This document shows positions 24,462 to 26,729 of a stretch of DNA of 26,729 nucleotides, piece by piece. Within the stretch, counting starts at the first letter, position 1, and each line of letters begins with the position of its first letter. The notes beneath the pieces are model-generated. The model made no database searches, was not told where the DNA came from, and saw only the letters and a program-made list of their open reading frames with translations. The translations under genes were made by a program, and so were the position numbers. This stretch comes from a virus (Duplodnaviria; Caudoviricetes), in the IMG/VR virus record IMGVR_UViG_3300037133_000102, positions 1 through 26,729 of that record. One strand, written 5' to 3'.

Positions 24462-25100
24462 ATGGCATCTTACGGACGTAACTTCGAATTCCGCATCCCT
24501 CCGAAGCCAGAGGCCAGGGCGGGCCGTTTCATTAGCCCCGCAACTGCACTTTCTGGTTCTGGTAGTGGTGGTGGTTCAGGTGCTGGTGGGTCTCCCACTG
24601 GCGCCGTCGGGCTGCTCCCCATAGGCGTTCCTGTCGTAGCGGATCTTACCGCTGGTCAGGACGCTCAGGGTGCTCAGTATGTCAAGCTTGCTACGGCAGG
24701 TGAGACCACAACTTCTGTGGGCGTCTTCGGGTTGCTCATGTTCGAATACGGTCCTGCGGCTTTCGCCCTGACCGATCCGTACATGACTACCTATTCCGAT
24801 CTCGGAATAGTCCCGCCGAACGTTTACTGCCTCGTTATAGCCGGCGATCCGGCAACGAAGATCGTTCTGCGTAACACCTTGGCTTTCTCCTTCTTGGGTC
24901 AGCGTAACTACGCTGGTCGGACCATGGTGAACGGTCTCGGTGCTACACCGGATGTCACTGCCGGGGACTATCTGGTCCCGGGTGCTGGCGACGATGCCGA
25001 TGGCTACTGGGAATCAACCGGTACTGCCGCAGGCGCATGGGCTGTCATTACTCACGTAGATTCTGCAAGGGCCGAAGTCGAAGCTCGGCTGCTCTTCTGA
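24462..25100 (+). CDS. Putative capsid decoration/minor head protein
   Basis: Between scaffold and MCP; Gly/Ala/Thr-rich with a beta-type pattern; GGAGG RBS. Confidence 0.6.
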   Translation: MASYGRNFEFRIPPKPEARAGRFISPATALSGSGSGGGSGAGGSPTGAVGLLPIGVPVVADLTAGQDAQGAQYVKLATAGETTTSVGVFGLLMFEYGPAAFALTDPYMTTYSDLGIVPPNVYCLVIAGDPATKIVLRNTLAFSFLGQRNYAGRTMVNGLGATPDVTAGDYLVPGAGDDADGYWESTGTAAGAWAVITHVDSARAEVEARLLF

Positions 25101-25116
25101 AAGGGGGGGGCTAAAA

Positions 25117-26100
25117 ATGACCAAAGTACTTATGGACAACAAGGGCCGCTCTCTTGAAGATAGGCGTGTCTGGGAAATCCAGAAGAAACAGCTTAATGAG
25201 ATCGCTCGTGACAACTGGGACGATCCGTCCTGGCGTCGGGAGATGGCTCAGGAGCTGACCGAAACCATTTACTTGGGCTTCGAGCATGAGAATCTGCTCG
25301 GCTACATGACCCAGGTCGAGAATGCCGACTTCGACGAGCGTGTGTTCGTGAAGGAAGTCAGAGGTCTTCGGGCCTTCTTCGTAGCCCGTGGTGGCTATAT
25401 CGAGTCCAGCTCGGTTCACTCCGAGGTGTTCGAGATTACTCGTGAGACCGTAGGGTTCCACGTTTACGAAGAGGAAGACAAGCTGCGCACGAACTTCGCC
25501 GAAACTCAGGCGACGCTCGTGGAACTGGGTGTCCAGCGTTTGGACGCCACAGTCAACAGCTGGTTCTTCACCGGTCTGCAGGCTGCAGTTCCCTCGGGTG
25601 CACCTAACTACCACCTCGTCGATGACCTGTCTACTTCAGGTCTTGGACTCGTCAACACTGCGTTGACGGCCGTCCGTGACGTGTCTCGTGACTGGGAAGT
25701 TGCGATAGTAGGTCGTAGCACGATGACCGACCAGATTGTGAATGCCCTGTTGGGCATTGGCACTCAGGGCGGTGCCGGGTTCTTCCCGGAGACCAATGAA
25801 GCCCTGCTCCGTCGGGGCGTTCTCGGGGTCTATCGTGGTGCCCAAATCATCTCGCTGAAGAACTACCTCGATGACACTGGGGTGCCGTACTTCCCAGCCA
25901 ACGAGCTCTGGGTCATCGGCCGGGACGCAAGTAAATTTGCGTTTTTTGGGGGACTTTTGTCGAAGGAATGGATAGAAAATGCTGCTTGGGAGTGGCATTA
26001 TCTGGCTCGGCGTGACGCCGGCTTCGTAGTCCATCGTCCCCTGCGTTCCGCTCGTATCGTCGACAGCTCGATAGCGCCGTACACGGTTATCGCTGAGTGA
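25117..26100 (+). CDS. Major capsid protein (HK97-like fold)
   Basis: 327 aa, last gene of the head operon; GVLGVYRGAQII P-domain-like motif, C-terminal GFVVHRP..ARI; followed by a terminator. Confidence 0.8.
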   Translation: MTKVLMDNKGRSLEDRRVWEIQKKQLNEIARDNWDDPSWRREMAQELTETIYLGFEHENLLGYMTQVENADFDERVFVKEVRGLRAFFVARGGYIESSSVHSEVFEITRETVGFHVYEEEDKLRTNFAETQATLVELGVQRLDATVNSWFFTGLQAAVPSGAPNYHLVDDLSTSGLGLVNTALTAVRDVSRDWEVAIVGRSTMTDQIVNALLGIGTQGGAGFFPETNEALLRRGVLGVYRGAQIISLKNYLDDTGVPYFPANELWVIGRDASKFAFFGGLLSKEWIENAAWEWHYLARRDAGFVVHRPLRSARIVDSSIAPYTVIAE

Positions 26101-26128
26101 GCTAGACTCACCAAGCTGTCCAGTAGTA

Positions 26129-26170
26129 AAGAAGAGGGCCCCCAATAGGTACGGGGGTCCTCTTCTTGTT
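26129..26170. terminator. Intrinsic, probably bidirectional terminator after MCP
   Basis: AAGAAGAGGGCCCCC-N9-GGGGGTCCTCTTCTT(GTT). Confidence 0.8.
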
Positions 26171-26175
26171 GCCTA

Positions 26176-26208
26176 CTGACTTGACACTCGCTCTGGATGG
26201 TGTACTCT
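26176..26208 (+). promoter_or_regulatory. SigA-type promoter (CTGACTTGAC class)
   Basis: TTGACA (26181-26186)-N16-TACTCT (26203-26208), 7 nt before ATG 26216. Confidence 0.65.
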
Positions 26209-26215
26209 GGAGCAT

Positions 26216-26413
26216 ATGCCATACCAGAAGTCGGGCCAGAATTGTATTTCGTGCGGCAAGCCTAAGCCACCGGGGATGGGTCGAGGTCGTAAGACCTGTT
26301 CGGAGGCATGCCAGGAGGCGGTCTATCAGGCGAGGTTGGACTTCAATCAGACGTGGCGTCGAGAACACCAGCGTCCGGGAATGGACCTGCGCGGCCTGCG
26401 GCGTCACGCATGA
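26216..26413 (+). pseudogene. Zinc-finger protein N-terminus, probably truncated by the tnpB fragment
   Basis: CISCGKP...GRKTCSEAC; after ~26369 the frame runs out of phase through tnpB-derived DNA and stops. Confidence 0.5.
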
Positions 26414-26596
26414 CCGGGACGTGAACGCGGCCCGGAACATCCTCGCCCTGGGACGCAGGGAGAGACTAAACGCCTGCGGAGGCGACGTAAGACCACTGCT
26501 TGCGGTGGCAGATGCCAGCGAAACAGGAAGCCTCAGAGGTGCCGCGTGACGCGGCACGGGCTGAATCCCCGTCCTTCAGGGCGGGGAGCGCGTCAA
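26369..26596 (+). mobile_element. tnpB: IS200/IS605-family 3' remnant: tnpB C-terminus plus right end (omega/reRNA scaffold)
   Basis: [27 protein letters not shown] (zinc ribbon/RuvC-III), stop 26549; hairpins GTGCCGCG-TGA-CGCGGCAC and TCCCCGTCC-TTCA-GGGCGGGGA (26566-26587); ends in TCAA (26593-26596). The left boundary is approximate. Confidence 0.85.
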
Positions 26597-26609
26597 TGTC
26601 TGCTCAGAC

Positions 26610-26729
26610 ATGATACCATCACGACCGACACTATCAACATGGACAACCTGCAACCAACCCCCCGACCGCCTGGTGGCAGCGGCGCTGGCTGAGCTGGTTG
26701 CAGGGCGCCGCTTGTGCCTCAGGTACAAG
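26610..26729 (+). CDS. Open frame running off the window, possibly a TnpB N-terminus
   Basis: ...VAAALAELVAGRRLCLRYK; LRYK resembles the xLRYxF/YRxYP start of actinobacterial TnpB. Start uncertain (26610, 26673 or 26712). Confidence 0.3.
   Translation, partial: MIPSRPTLSTWTTCNQPPDRLVAAALAELVAGRRLCLRYK

Noticed and set aside
26166-26549. 127-aa ORF as an intact TnpB
   Set aside because: Only the last ~60 aa are TnpB-like. The N-terminal part crosses a promoter and an out-of-frame zinc-finger gene, and RuvC-I/II are absent.

Overview
A contiguous segment of a tailed dsDNA phage genome, almost entirely on the + strand. The host is probably actinobacterial (inferred from GC-rich codon usage, promoter style and protein families). 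Order: a RepB-type primase and a RecA/AAA_25 helicase separated by an apparently acquired insert; membrane proteins and tRNA-Asn(GUU); a translationally coupled operon of five GT-A/GT2-like glycosyltransferases; an Rnl5-type RNA ligase; a DUF559/Vsr-like nuclease; a divergent control region; then the packaging/head module (putative TerS, XRE HTH, TerL, portal, an inserted DNA methyltransferase, prohead protease, repeat-containing head protein, scaffold, putative decoration protein, major capsid). It ends with an IS200/IS605 tnpB 3' remnant plus right end, about the size of an omega-RNA scaffold, followed by a possible TnpB N-terminus. The most notable items are the five-GT operon (candidate virion glycosylation), the tnpB right-end cassette, a recurrent sigma28/WhiG-like promoter, and the methyltransferase moron. 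All protein calls come from motif recognition by eye; no searches were run.
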